Source: Octopus sinensis (lineage: Eukaryota). From it: DNA of 64,000 bases. The DNA lies in contig NC_043013.1 of NCBI RefSeq assembly GCF_006345805.1, positions 45,012,001 to 45,076,000 of the forward strand. The letters run 5' to 3'. Positions 1-11,319 of the stretch are shown piece by piece; positions within the stretch are counted from its first letter, which is position 1, and each line of letters opens with the position of its first letter. The notes below the pieces were generated by a model. The model had not been told where the DNA came from, ran no database searches, and saw only the letters and a program-made list of their open reading frames with translations. The translations under genes were made by a program, and so were the position numbers.

Positions 1-1189
1 TTCGAAATCATTCTGTTAAAACTGTATTGAAACCATTTGTGGGAATTTTTTTTTCTTTTATCACAGCAACTGTTCGCACACCACAAAGTTTGACAGAACC
101 TACTGAAGCAAGCCAACACGCTCGCAGCGTTACCAAGAGTGATGGCGAGACTAAGGCGTTGAGAAAGTCAAGCGCCCTCGGAAAATAACTGTATATTCAT
201 TTAATTTAAGAGTCCGTGTGGATCTGGAAAATCATGATAGGCCGAAAATGTTACCTAATGCCTCTTATATAAAAGAAGATAAGAACAAATAGAAACGAAG
301 AACAGCTAAATGTTAAACCTTTTTGTAGTCTACGAATTAAAGGATATTATTTACTTGTTGGTAGATCTGAAAATTATACTTCCAACCAGGATAATCTTAG
401 GAAGATTTCAAAATGTCATCTCTCAGATTGATAGTTTTTGCATTGGAATAAATGCCGCAATAAAATTTCCGGATAGTCTCTACAAGATCATAAAAGGGAA
501 TTCTACCCGACTAATTCGGATACAAATGGTGCCATGATAGCGTACTCGTGACATTCACTTGAATACAGGTGCAAGAGAGGTATAACACAACCCCAACCGG
601 GAAAAACAACACCATCAATCAAGTTCGTGATGGAAGAAGACAAATGATTGACATTGATCACAGCAAAAACAAGCAGTTTAACACAAGAGACCTAACCATA
701 GGCAGTGAAAGTGGACCCGAGGGAAGGTTGCAATTTCCCCTGGTCGTCTTGACCAATCAAAGGCCGAATGTAGTTTTGTAGCTTGAGAAGGCAAAAATAA
801 ATAAATGAATAAAGAATAGTGATCGAGCTTACAGTCAAACAGGAAGGAAAATGCCTTTGAATGGAAGGGCGCCAAGTACCAGAAACTTTTTCATGGAGAA
901 TAGATGACATACATGGCCATTTCCAGTCGAAATTGACTGTGCAGGATTCCCTGCCCAGTCAGTATAGAGAATACTTACAACCAATGGAATAGCAGGAAGA
1001 AAGAGCAAGACAACTGTATGCAGAATGAGGGTTGGTTATGCCCTGTATGGAAATAAAATTAGACTGTGATTCTAAACTGGATATCTGAGTCAGGTGGTTC
1101 GAATCGAGGTACAAACTGCTAAAAGATGTAATGAAGCTTATAATCTAAATCTATGTGTTCGAAACCAACAGAATCTGTTAATTAATATT

Positions 1190-1625
1190 GCTTTCAAAGT
1201 TTGGAGTAAGGCCAGCAATTCCAGCGGAGGGGTAAGTTGATTATATCGACCTCGAAGAGATAAAAGGAAAAATCGATCTCGGCGGTATTTGAACCCAGCA
1301 CGTAAAGACAGGCCAAACGCCGCTAAGAAATTTTCCCGGCATACTAACGATTCTACTAGCTCACTGCCTTAATTTGTTCATTAATATTGTTCAGTATTAT
1401 GGGGGTGAGTCAGCAGAATCGTTACTATGCCGGGGAAAATGCTTAGCAGTATTTCTTCTGTCTTCGTGTTCTGAGTTCAAATTCCGCCGAGGTCGAATTT
1501 CCCTTTCAATCTTTCGGGTCGATAAAATAAGTACCAGTTGAGCACTTGGGGGGGGGGTCGATGAAATCCACTTACACCCTCCCCCTAAATCGCTGACCTT
1601 GTACCAAAATTAATATCAATATTGT
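1190..1625. mobile_element. Two tRNA-derived SINE copies (family C), minus then plus
   Basis: A-box-like GAGCTGGCAGAATCGTTAG head, B-box GTTCAAATTCC and shared body gaggtcgactttgcctttcatcc...taagtaccag. Further copies near 2762-2960, 6520-6690, 7040-7260, 7850-7995 and 30165-30378. Confidence 0.75.
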
Positions 1626-1867
1626 CCTGTATTCATATGTTGCTAATACTGATTGAGATAATGGAAGATTAAAGTTTGATAGTTTATCTCCATATATTTT
1701 TAGAGAAAAGTCTGTATAAGCAATAAAAATTAATTTAGGAATAGGAGTGATCCTGAATAGTTTCAGGTTATTCTAAACTAGTTCAAGTTTTTCTGAGAGG
1801 GAGACTTATTCATTTACATTTGATAACACTTGTTAAAAACGTCAAACGAACAAACGTTTATATTCCA

Positions 1868-2287
1868 AACGCATGATATAACAATACTAAGCAAAATTAT
1901 TTATAATCTTACTAACAATAACTCTGAGCACCTTTTCAAACTCCACCTGTCTAACACCCGTGGACATGTTTACAAAGTCAGAAAACAGCACAGCTCCCGT
2001 GATTTTCGGAAACATTTTTTCACGCTAAGAATTGCTGAAGCATGGAACAAACTGCCGGCATCAGTTGTTAGTTGTCGGAGCACTGCATCCTTCAAAACTT
2101 CCATGCTTCCTGAGATTCACCAACACTACACCTAATTTTCTCCCCTCCATACACACGCAAGCATGTATCTGACTCATACACTGTTCACTTCCCAGACATT
2201 TGTACATTACTGCATATGCTTTATACGCACTTTTGACAAGTTGTGGTGCACCTGAGCACTGTATACAATAATTTCATTATTATTATA
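1868..2287 (+). mobile_element. CR1/L2-type LINE 3' end (ORF2 C-terminus plus 3' UTR, ATT-repeat tail)
   Basis: ORF track reads TRGHVYKV...RKHFFTLRIAEAWNKLPASVV..S..SFK, the typical CR1-clade ORF2 C-terminal motif; ends in aataatttcattattatt. Confidence 0.85.
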
Positions 2288-3364
2288 TTAAAAAAGGGAA
2301 CCAAATGACAATTAAAAATTGGGAACAGTCATAATGGGAATGTAAATATTTGACTTGGCTTTATTCCTTGAAACGATTAAACAAATGCTTCAAGATAGAC
2401 GAGTCATATACCCGACTTAACTCCCATATTCTCTCTCCATCCCAATAATTTAACGCAATTTGTGCAAGTACTAAATTTAAAAAATATATATCTCTTATTT
2501 CTCTTATCGTATAATGTCACTTTGTGTAATTAACCACCTAATTAGTTCAGTAATTTCAGTCAGTGTATAAAACATGATTTTATTGTGATTTTTGCATTAT
2601 TGATTCATTTACAAGAGAGATGAGCAAATAAAGTAGATTAATTTAACTCAGCAGATTACTGGTACTTGCATAATTAATTCTAGAGTGATGAAAATAAAGT
2701 AATTAAAGCTATGCAATAAATGTTAAGCTTTTATTTATTTATCTATTATTTCAATATTTCGGGGGTGCCGAGCTGGCAGAATCTTTAGACACATCGGACA
2801 AAATGCTTAGCAGCATTTTTTTCGGCTTTACGTTCTGCGCCAAATGCTGCCGAGGTCGACTTTGCTTTCACTTTTTCCGAGGTTGATATAATCGACTCAC
2901 CCCACCTACCCACACACACACAGCTCTAAAATTGCTGGCCTCGTGCCAAAATTTGAAAAAAATCATTTGGCGATCCTTCGGTATAGGTACCGTAAGTGGC
3001 TTTGCTTACATTTCTGAAGATAACATAAACCCTTTTCTCCCACCCTTTTCTCCCACCCTTAACCCCCATATATAAAAAAAACAACACTTTCTTGAAATGT
3101 ATCCGGTACTTCCGGTACCTATACCGAAGTTACGCCAATCATTTCAATATTTCTTTTAAAAGAATTGTTATTGCAATATTTAGCTACCACTCTTCTGAGT
3201 TCAAATTCCACCCGGGTTGACTTTGCCTTTCATCCTTTCGGGGTCGATAAATTAAGTACCAGTTGCATACAGATGTCGGTCTAAACTGGTGTCGAGTTAA
3301 ACTTTTCCGTTTACATTCCGAATCGATAAAATACTGTCCAAGTGAATTAATCTAACCAATCCTG

Positions 3365-3534
3365 GATGCTGCAGTAAATGCGAGGGTCACTGTTTCCATA
3401 ACCAAACGGAACAAAACCCTGAAGTATCAGGACCTGACAGTGAACTATCTCTTCCAACCTGTGGCGTTTGAGACCCTTAGGGGAACTAAGTCACTAACTG
3501 CAGAAGTTCTTATCATCGTTGACCGCTCGCGAAA
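3365..3534 (+). mobile_element. Remnant of restriction-like endonuclease domain of a CRE/NeSL-type non-LTR retrotransposon
   Basis: Translates DAAVNARVTVSITKRNKTLKYQDLTVNYLFQPVAFETLRG, matching the K..KY..L...Y.F.P.A.ET.G motif of REL-type elements. Confidence 0.6.
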
Positions 3535-3869
3535 TTTTTTACCCACGTGAGTTCCGGACCCCAATTATAAACTCATCTGCTTATAACCAACCAGAGCTCA
3601 ACTATCAAACTAATTTATGAGTGCATAACAAGTGATAGGTGATAAGATGAGGTCACTTGGATAAGGAACGACCATGATTCTTTTCTCTTTTAAGAATGCT
3701 TGTTGTTCTTGTTCTTGTTTCAACCATGGCCGCCCTTGCGTAGTTATTTGTATTGTTGTTTACTTTGTAAAGCTAGCATATCACCCTCTACCCACATTTT
3801 CCCCATCCACATCTTTACCATAAGGGGCCCTAACAAAATCTGATAATGGGTATAGATGCAAATCTATCG

Positions 3870-4215
3870 AATTACTTGTCTCCTAAAATTAGGCCCAACT
3901 TGTTCTTCCTCTTGAGTTTACTTGGTAGAGTATGTTTGTTAACTTGGACATCAAAGTCAAGGTGAGCTCTGATTGGCTGTATGCAAATGAGTTCATTACT
4001 CTCGTGGGGAAAAAATTTCACTGCCCACTCGCATCACCGAGGTGTCGGGTGATGCTCGTGAGGGCGCTTGGCTTTTCCAACGGTTTAGCCTCGCTGTCGC
4101 CCTTGGTAATGCGAACATGCTGGCTTGCTTCAGTAGGTTCCGTTGAACTTTGTGGTGTGCGACCAATTGAAACACCTGATGCTGCATTGTTCTTGTTTTT
4201 CTCTCCCCTTTTTCT
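3870..4215 (-). mobile_element. Probable LINE ORF1 fragment; diverged inverted copy at about 67-178
   Basis: gcacaccacaaagt...gaacctactgaagcaagcca...aagcgccctc occurs on + at 67-178 and on - at about 4060-4180. The minus frame ends ...KLGLILGD, reminiscent of the esterase-type ORF1. Confidence 0.4.
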
Positions 4216-4223
4216 TTCTTTTG

Positions 4224-4652
4224 GGATCTTTTCGGTTTGACCGGCAGTTTTTTTAAAGATAATTTCCACGTAACTAAACACTTTTAAACTTCGTATACTG
4301 GTAGAATGTGTTTATAAACATTTTTTTCTCTTGGCTTTATTGAGAAAATTCTATACTTTGTAAGATATTTGTTGGGTTTTTTTCTTCAATTTCTGTAATT
4401 TCAACCAATCAATGACGTCTATTGAGGTGAAAACATTCTGTACCGTATGAACGTCCCTCGTTTAAGAAACAGATTGGGTTTATTTACATTTGTGAAGAAA
4501 AAAAATATACCCTTCCCCCACCCCTAACCCTAACTCTAAACCTAACCCTAAAACAGATTGAAATGCAATAGATCGATACTAGGGTCATAATTATGGGTGA
4601 CAATTTCATATGACACCGCTAGAAAAAACTGCCGTTCAAACCGAAAAGATCC
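4224..4652. mobile_element. MITE copy 1 (GGATCTTTTCGGTTTGAACGGCAG TIR, 8-bp TSD TTCTTTTG), internal (CCCTAA)n
   Basis: About 29-bp TIRs; TTCTTTTG directly flanks both ends. Superfamily (Merlin-like or hAT) is uncertain. Confidence 0.9.
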
Positions 4653-5243
4653 TTCTTTTGTACAAACTTATATTATGGAAAAATCATGACTATTGTTCAG
4701 GATTTGCATTTTTGTTAAATTTCACCCTCACTAAAATCTGACCTTGTGCTAATATCTGAAATCACTGTAGAACAAGAGATCAGCCCTTTTTATAACGAAA
4801 CCGCGATTTGGTTTCCATTTTGGCTTAAAGACGATTCACATTAATACCACCCAGAAAAGTACGAATGTTACACATCATTTTCTCCTTTTCTTCTGCTATA
4901 ATATAGTGATATGAACCTTGTCAAAGGAATCTTATTCCATTTTGACATCATGTCAAAACAGTGTAGTATGGAGGTCATTATTTGACATAAAGGATTATAA
5001 CTTCTCTGCAAACGTGTGACCTTGTGCTCGTGCTTGAAATTATTTTCAGCACTGAAACGGCCGAATCGACATTGCATTGTTCCAAATACCTAATGTTTAA
5101 TTACCTCCCTTCATTAAAAAACAATAAAAAAAAGCGCCGCAGTAATCTTGACTTTTTTGTCTATTTTGCCGTTGTCATTAACAGTTTTTTTTTTATCGAA
5201 ATATTTTAAATTTCACAAGAAGTACAGTATTAGTTTTGTCCTT

Positions 5244-5669
5244 GGATCTTTTCGGTTTGAACGGCAGTTTTTTCTAGCGGTGTCATATGAAATTGTCACC
5301 CATAATTATGACCCTACTATCGATCTATTGCATTTCAATCTATTTTAGGGTTAAGGTTAGTTAGGGTTAGGGGTGGGGGAAGGGTATCTTTTTTTTCTTC
5401 ACAAATGTATATAAACCCAATCTGTTTCTTAAACGAGGGATATATTCATACGGCACAGTATGTTTTCACCTCAATAGACGTCAGCGATTGGTTGAAATTG
5501 CAGAAATTGAAGAAAAAAAACAACAAATATCTTACAAAGTATAGAATTTTCTCAATAAAACCAAGAGAAAAATATGTCTTATATACACATTCTACCAGTA
5601 TACGAAGTTAAAAATTGTTTAGTTACCTATAAATTATGTTAAAAACTGCCGTTCAAACCGAAAAGATCC
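5244..5669. mobile_element. MITE copy 2, opposite orientation to copy 1
   Basis: Same TIRs and body reversed; flanks TAGTTTTGTCCTT / TACTTTTGTCCTT. Confidence 0.9.
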
Positions 5670-7392
5670 TACTTTTGTCCTTGTATGTTCGGATTTCAAA
5701 TGCTGCCGTGATCAACTTTGCCTTCCAAAACTGATACAATAATCAACTTAATCGACTTACATACAATTCTCTCTGAAAAAAGTTGTGGGTTTTGTGCTCA
5801 AAGATCTCAGCAAAGCAATAATTTCTTACAGAAGCACAAGACCAGAGTTCTGGGTTAAGTTTACAACATCCGACTCCCTTTCGTGAAGCACCGTAAAATC
5901 TCATATGTCTCTTTTATCAAGCCTTTTTTTTTTTGTGTCACTTCCGTCAATGCGGCCTTCTTTTACTTTCGGTTTTTATCTATTTTACGAAGTAAAATAA
6001 TGTAAATTATTTCGAATTTCGTGATAAATCGCCTTTCTATTCCATCTCAAACATCAACAATAACAAATTGTCCTACACGAAAAAGGAAGTGGGGGATGAA
6101 TTGCCAACAAATTAACAAGACAATCATTAACTAATATGATACAAAATACGTATAAAAAAACCCCCAAAATATCGACATCAATATACTTAACAATAGAATG
6201 TCATAAAATAGACAAGAAAAGCTTCCGTCTTTTAGCTATAGATTGAAATATAGGCATCTTATATTAAGAGGAAACCGGAGAAAAGAGACTGTGTGACAAA
6301 AGTAAAAACCATTTGAAAATAATTCTATGGTCCTGATAAAGGATTTATATAATGAAATTGTTTCACTTCCTTGAAATTAAAGTGAAAGATAAGGTTATAT
6401 ATAAGTTAGCTTTAGAAATCGGAATGGAAAAAGCAGGAACTAAATTCCACAAGACAGATTCTACGATGCTCTGGCTATTCTATCAATACACTGGTTTAGA
6501 AAAATAATGATTTCTAACTTCGGCACAAAGCCAGAAATTTTTTTAGGAGAGGGGTATAATCAGTACCATTGGCTCTGGTATTTCATTTTATTGATCTCGG
6601 ACGGGTGAAAGGTGAAGTTGGCCTCAGCGTTATTTCAGTTTATAACAAAGAGCCGGAAGAAATACTGTAAAGCATTTTCCTGACGTTCATAGTTCAGAAA
6701 ATTCACCACCATAAACAGCTCAGGTGTCACTCGTAAGCAGGACCTGGTAGCTTGTACAATGCTTTCGTCAATTAGTAGCGCAGAGACGTAAACAACCGTG
6801 ACCCAGCGAAACATCGAGGTATGACTGCTGGAAAGAGAGAGAGGGCTGCACCAGCAGTAAACTGGTGCTCATTTTCAACTGGTTTAGACTAGAACAACGT
6901 GAAATGATATGCGTTCCTCAGGGTGCATTACATAATCCAAGAGTCGAAACCACGACTTTATATTCATGATCCCAATATCTTAGTCATTAGGTCAGGCGCC
7001 GTCGCAACTAGTCTGGCGAAATAGTGAAAGAAATTTTTAATCACTAATTTTCTACTATAGGCAAAAAACCTGAAATTATGGGGTAGAGGGTTGGTCGATT
7101 ACATCGACTCCAGTGCAGAACTGGTACTTATTTTATCGACCTCGTAGGATGAAAGGCAAAGTCGACCTCAGCGTAATTTGAACGCAGAACGCAAAGTCGG
7201 AAGAAATGCTGCAATGCATTTTGCCCGGCGCTGTAACTTTTGCCAGTTCCCCACCTTAAAAATCTTTATTCAATAACGAAAGCATTAATAGTTTACTGTT
7301 TTACTTTCTGGAAATTTGAAATGTTATTGTTTCATTTTCTTTAAAGAATGAAAATATAATTCCAAGCACATACACACACACACAAAACCCAT

Positions 7393-7500
7393 TCTATAAC
7401 GGCTATCTCTGAAGAGCGCAGGGTTACATAATCGGACTGTTATCTAACACTATATTGAACCCCTAGTGCGAAACCGATTGGTAAGAGCGACCGTTGTGGA
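7393..7500 (+). ncRNA. Type I hammerhead ribozyme, intact catalytic core
   Basis: CTGAAGA (7409-15); stem II GCGC-AGGG-TT / AA-CCCT-GTGC with G10.1-C11.1; GAAA (7470-73); stem III ACC-gatt-GGT; cleavage triplet GTA (cut after 7483); stem I TCT/AGA, an internal loop, then 10 bp TCTATAACGG/CCGTTGTGGA. Confidence 0.85.
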
Positions 7501-8639
7501 TATATAATACTGTACACTTCGAATATATTTCAAATACAAACCAAAAATAATTGTACATTTATATATATATTGTTGATAATCATATGAATTGATAGACTTC
7601 GGGAAGACGTTTTAAGAAATCCTGATTTGAAGATTTTATAAAGTCAGAGAGTACTCTAGTAATACATTTATTATTTAATATACCATACATTCTCAGTTAA
7701 AATGGCGCCAAGGTCATCTTTATCATACATCCTTTTGAGGTTGAAAATTTAGTGCCAGTAAAGCACCTCAAATTTGTTGGCCTTGTGTCAAAATTTGAAA
7801 AAAAAAAATGATCTTATATCTCGTATTTTTATTATTGTTTCCAAGAATGATGGAGTGCTGGCAGAATCGTTAGCACGACGGACAAAATGCTTAGTGGCAT
7901 TTCGTCCGTATTTACATTCTGAATTCCAATTTCGTCGAGATCGACTTTCCCCTTTACCGAAAATTTCAGGCTTTGGGCTTGTAGCATAAAAGATTGTTTT
8001 GCCGAGGAATTCTGCAGCAAAGCCTCCGTGTCTACATGGTCTCTCGGCCTGCTAGAAAATAATACCCCAAATCTCTCCTAACTCACATTCTGTCACCTTA
8101 AAAATTGAACGACACTTTAATGTACCAATAGGGACATTATGTTTTGGAGAGAAAAGTGGAATTAAATACGTATGTTTTGATGGAACTGGCAGTCCTATAG
8201 CCTCAGCAGGCTAACGGAGACCAGGTGATAACGGCCTGAAGCACCTTTACTCATAGGTGTATTTGATATTCGATTTGTTATTCGAGGTAAAGGACTTAAT
8301 CTAAATCCTCTCCTCAGAGTTTTTACAATTGACGCTCAGATGTACAAACTAATTAACGTCAACTTAGGCTTCCATTCCCAGCCGCAAAACTTTTCATCAA
8401 GAAATTCGGACTTGTAAGCAAGTAAAATTTAATACCACCTATATGTGGTTCTAATGACAATGAACCCCCCCCCCCCGCCGCGCTTACACTGCTACTCATT
8501 TCAAATCAATAATATGCACTTAGCGTTAGCCAATTTAAATATTTGGCACCACCATCACTCACAGCCGAAGTTTTGACAAGCCAACGAAGCGTCCATGCTG
8601 TCGCATGATCCGCTGGAAAAGGAACCAAATTTCATTAAA

Positions 8640-9300
8640 TTACTATCTTAATCAAAAAAGACTACTCATGATCAATGTAGTTCTAGATATACAAAAAAAA
8701 AAAAAAAGGACGATCAATGCTAAATAGGTCTTACACATGGTTGACCTGTGGCTTAACTACCCAAGTTTCGACTTGCAAATTACCCAGATGATATGAAATC
8801 CAACAAAATCTTACAATGCTGAATGGGTCTTACACATGGTTGACCTGTGGCTTAACTACCCAAGTTTCAACTTGCAAATTACCCAGATGATATGAAATCC
8901 AACAAAATCTTACAATGCTGAATGGGTCTTACACATGGTTGACCTGTGGCTTAACTACCCAAGTTTCGACTTGCAAATTACCCAGATGATATGAAATCCA
9001 ACAAAATCTTACACGTTCACGAAGTCCATAACAAAACCTTGACATATAAAACCATTTTTAGACTTGCTGTGAAATATGCTAACCCTGCATGGAACTCTTA
9101 CACACACACACACACACACACAAAAACATCATTGACCAGGAATCAATACGCAGAAAGACATTTAAATGGGCATATCAATGGTCCAGATATAAGCACGTTG
9201 GTGCAAAATTTTGCTGACCGCACTGATCGAGACCATGCAAAATACGTTAAATTTGTATAACATCAGAACTGGTATCTTAAGGCGCGGTGTAAATAGTGAC
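8640..9300 (+). mobile_element. Decayed CR1/L2-type RT fragment
   Basis: YKTIFRLAVKYANPAWNSY resembles the YK.LVRP.LEYA...W.PY motif. Confidence 0.5.
8716..9013. repeat. 99-bp tandem repeat, 3 near-identical copies
   Basis: aatgc..ggtcttacacatggttgacctgtgg...caacaaaatcttac starts at 8716, 8815 and 8914. Confidence 0.95.
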
Positions 9301-9599
9301 GCATATAAAACATAGTTTCATGGTATTTGTAAATAAAGTTCAAACAGCACATAGAACCAACGACAAAATGCAGTTCGTATTTATAACAACTGCGCAACCA
9401 GATCTGGTAATTAGGGGGTCAAATTGAGTCGGGTGGCAGACGGATACCACAAACGGACAATATTTTCTTGTAAGGCATCCTAGATGCGAATGGAATTCTA
9501 CTATAAGATAAGAGTTGACCTGAAACTAAGTAACATCAAAATCAACACAGAAAACAAAAGCGTGCTTATCAAACTGCCAATCTTTTCTATAGGTTATAT

Positions 9600-11068
9600 A
9601 TAAATTTTCCTTCCTTCCACTGTTTCACTTTCTAACTATTTTTGTTTTGTCTTTTTTTTCCTTTCATATTTTACGGTATTCGTCCTCCTTGCCTACTAAT
9701 TTTTCTTTCTCTCTATGCCTTATTCCTTTCGTCTGTATCACCTGTTCCTCTTCTCTTTTACTCTCTTCGTCTCTATCTTCTCAATCTTTTTGGTGATTTT
9801 CTATCTTTCCGTCTTCCCTTTGACAATATCTCTCTTTCTCTGTATTTCTAAATCTTCCCCTCTCGTTCTTCATTCTAGCTCTTTTCACATGTCTCTCTCC
9901 CTTTACCAACTTTACTTTTTCTCTTCTCCCTCTCTCTTTTTCTTTATTTCTTCTTTCTATGTTCTATCTCTGTTGATCTCTCTCTCTTTCACACCTTTTT
10001 CTATTATACATTCTCCCCTTGTTTTCTCCTCCGTCTCTCTCTCTCTCCCTTCCATATAGAGTTGTTCTCATCTGTCCCTATTTTATTTTCTCTTTCTCCC
10101 TCCCACCCTCTCTCTTTAATCTACTTTCTCGTTATTTCTATTTCATATTTCCTTCCTACTTCCACACAATACTTGTTCTCCACCTCCACCATTTTTCTTC
10201 TTTTTTTATTGTCAAGCAAGTTCAACTCCAAAATCTTTCGTTTCCTAATCTTTCCCTCTTTCTCATCTTACTTCCTCTCTTTTTCTCTTCCTATCTCTCT
10301 CTCTCTCTTTCTCTTCCTATCTATCTCTCTCTTTCTATTCCTATCTCTCTCTCTCTCTTTCTATTCCTATCTCTCTCTCTTTCTCTTCCTATCTATCTCT
10401 CTCTTTCTATTCCTATCTATCTCTCTTTCTCTTCCTATCTATCTCTCTCTTTCTATTCCTATCTCTCTCTCTTTCTATTCCTATCTATCTTCTCTTTCTC
10501 ATTCTATTCCTATTTATCTCTTTTTCTTCCTCCAATCGCTCCCTTTCTCTTCTCTATCTCTCCCTTTATCTTTATCTCTTTGCCTTTTCTCTATCCCTCC
10601 TCTCTCTTTTCCTTTGCATCTATCCTTCTCTATCTCTATTCGTCTTTTCTCTATCCCCTCTCTCTTTTCCTTTACACCTATCCTTCTCTCTTTCTATTCG
10701 TCTTTTCTCTATCCCTATCCCCTCCCTCTTCCTCTCTCTCTATCCATCATTTCTCTCTCTCTCTCTCTCGCTCTCTACGTAACCTAACTCTCCTTTTTCT
10801 CTATCCCTATCCCCTCCCTCTTCCTCTCTCTCTATCCATCATTTCTCTCTCTCTCGCTCTCTACGTAACCTAACTCTCCTTCTCTCTCTCTATTCGTCTT
10901 TTCCCTATCCCCCTCCCTCTTCCCCACTCTCTCTCTCTCTCGCTCTCTACGTAACCTAACTCTCCTTCTCTCTCTCTATTCGTCTTTTCCCTATCCCCCT
11001 CCTTCTTCCTCTTCCTCTCTCCATCATTTCTCTCTCTCTCTCTCTCGCTCTCTACGTAACCTAACTCT
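9600..11068. repeat. About 1.45-kb polypyrimidine (CT/CTAT) tract with higher-order 86-105 bp units at its 3' end
   Basis: Almost purine-free plus strand; CTCTACGTAACCTAACTC recurs at about 10776, 10862, 10948 and 11053. Confidence 0.9.
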
Positions 11069-11107
11069 GTATCTATCTACTTTGAAAGTGAGTGTTTATG
11101 GTCTAGC

Positions 11108-11115
11108 TGACGTCA
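11108..11115. promoter_or_regulatory. Perfect CRE palindrome TGACGTCA in the putative AF9/ENL promoter
   Basis: Exact motif about 200 bp upstream of the candidate ATG, in a short CpG-containing patch. Confidence 0.5.
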
Positions 11116-11307
11116 CATCCGCTACCGTTAGACGGCGCCCTCAGTCGTTTGTTTTTGCAGGAAGCACGACACCCAAATTGGTGAGGCAGATGGATACTGC
11201 CAGGATCAAATCGACTCAACGACAACGAAAATTATTTTTACTGTGATATTTAAATATATAGCTATTTATACATATACATTATAAAATAAGACACCTCTTC
11301 AGCAACC

Positions 11308-11319
11308 ATGACTACTCAG
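11308..11319 (+). CDS. MLLT3: AF9/ENL homolog, probable first coding exon (MTTQ)
   Basis: caaccATG ACT ACT CAG|gtatgt, a phase-0 donor that fits the phase-0 acceptor at 31656. Vertebrate ENL/AF9 also begin with a 4-codon exon (MDNQ / MASS). Confidence 0.6.

Noticed and set aside
310-1130. Possible decayed retroelement coding sequence (weak integrase- or LINE-like words)
   Set aside because: No motif clear enough to assign class or strand by eye.
9642-10873. Long ORFs of 114-284 aa
   Set aside because: By-product of the CT tract (Ser/Leu/Phe/Pro only, no stops possible).
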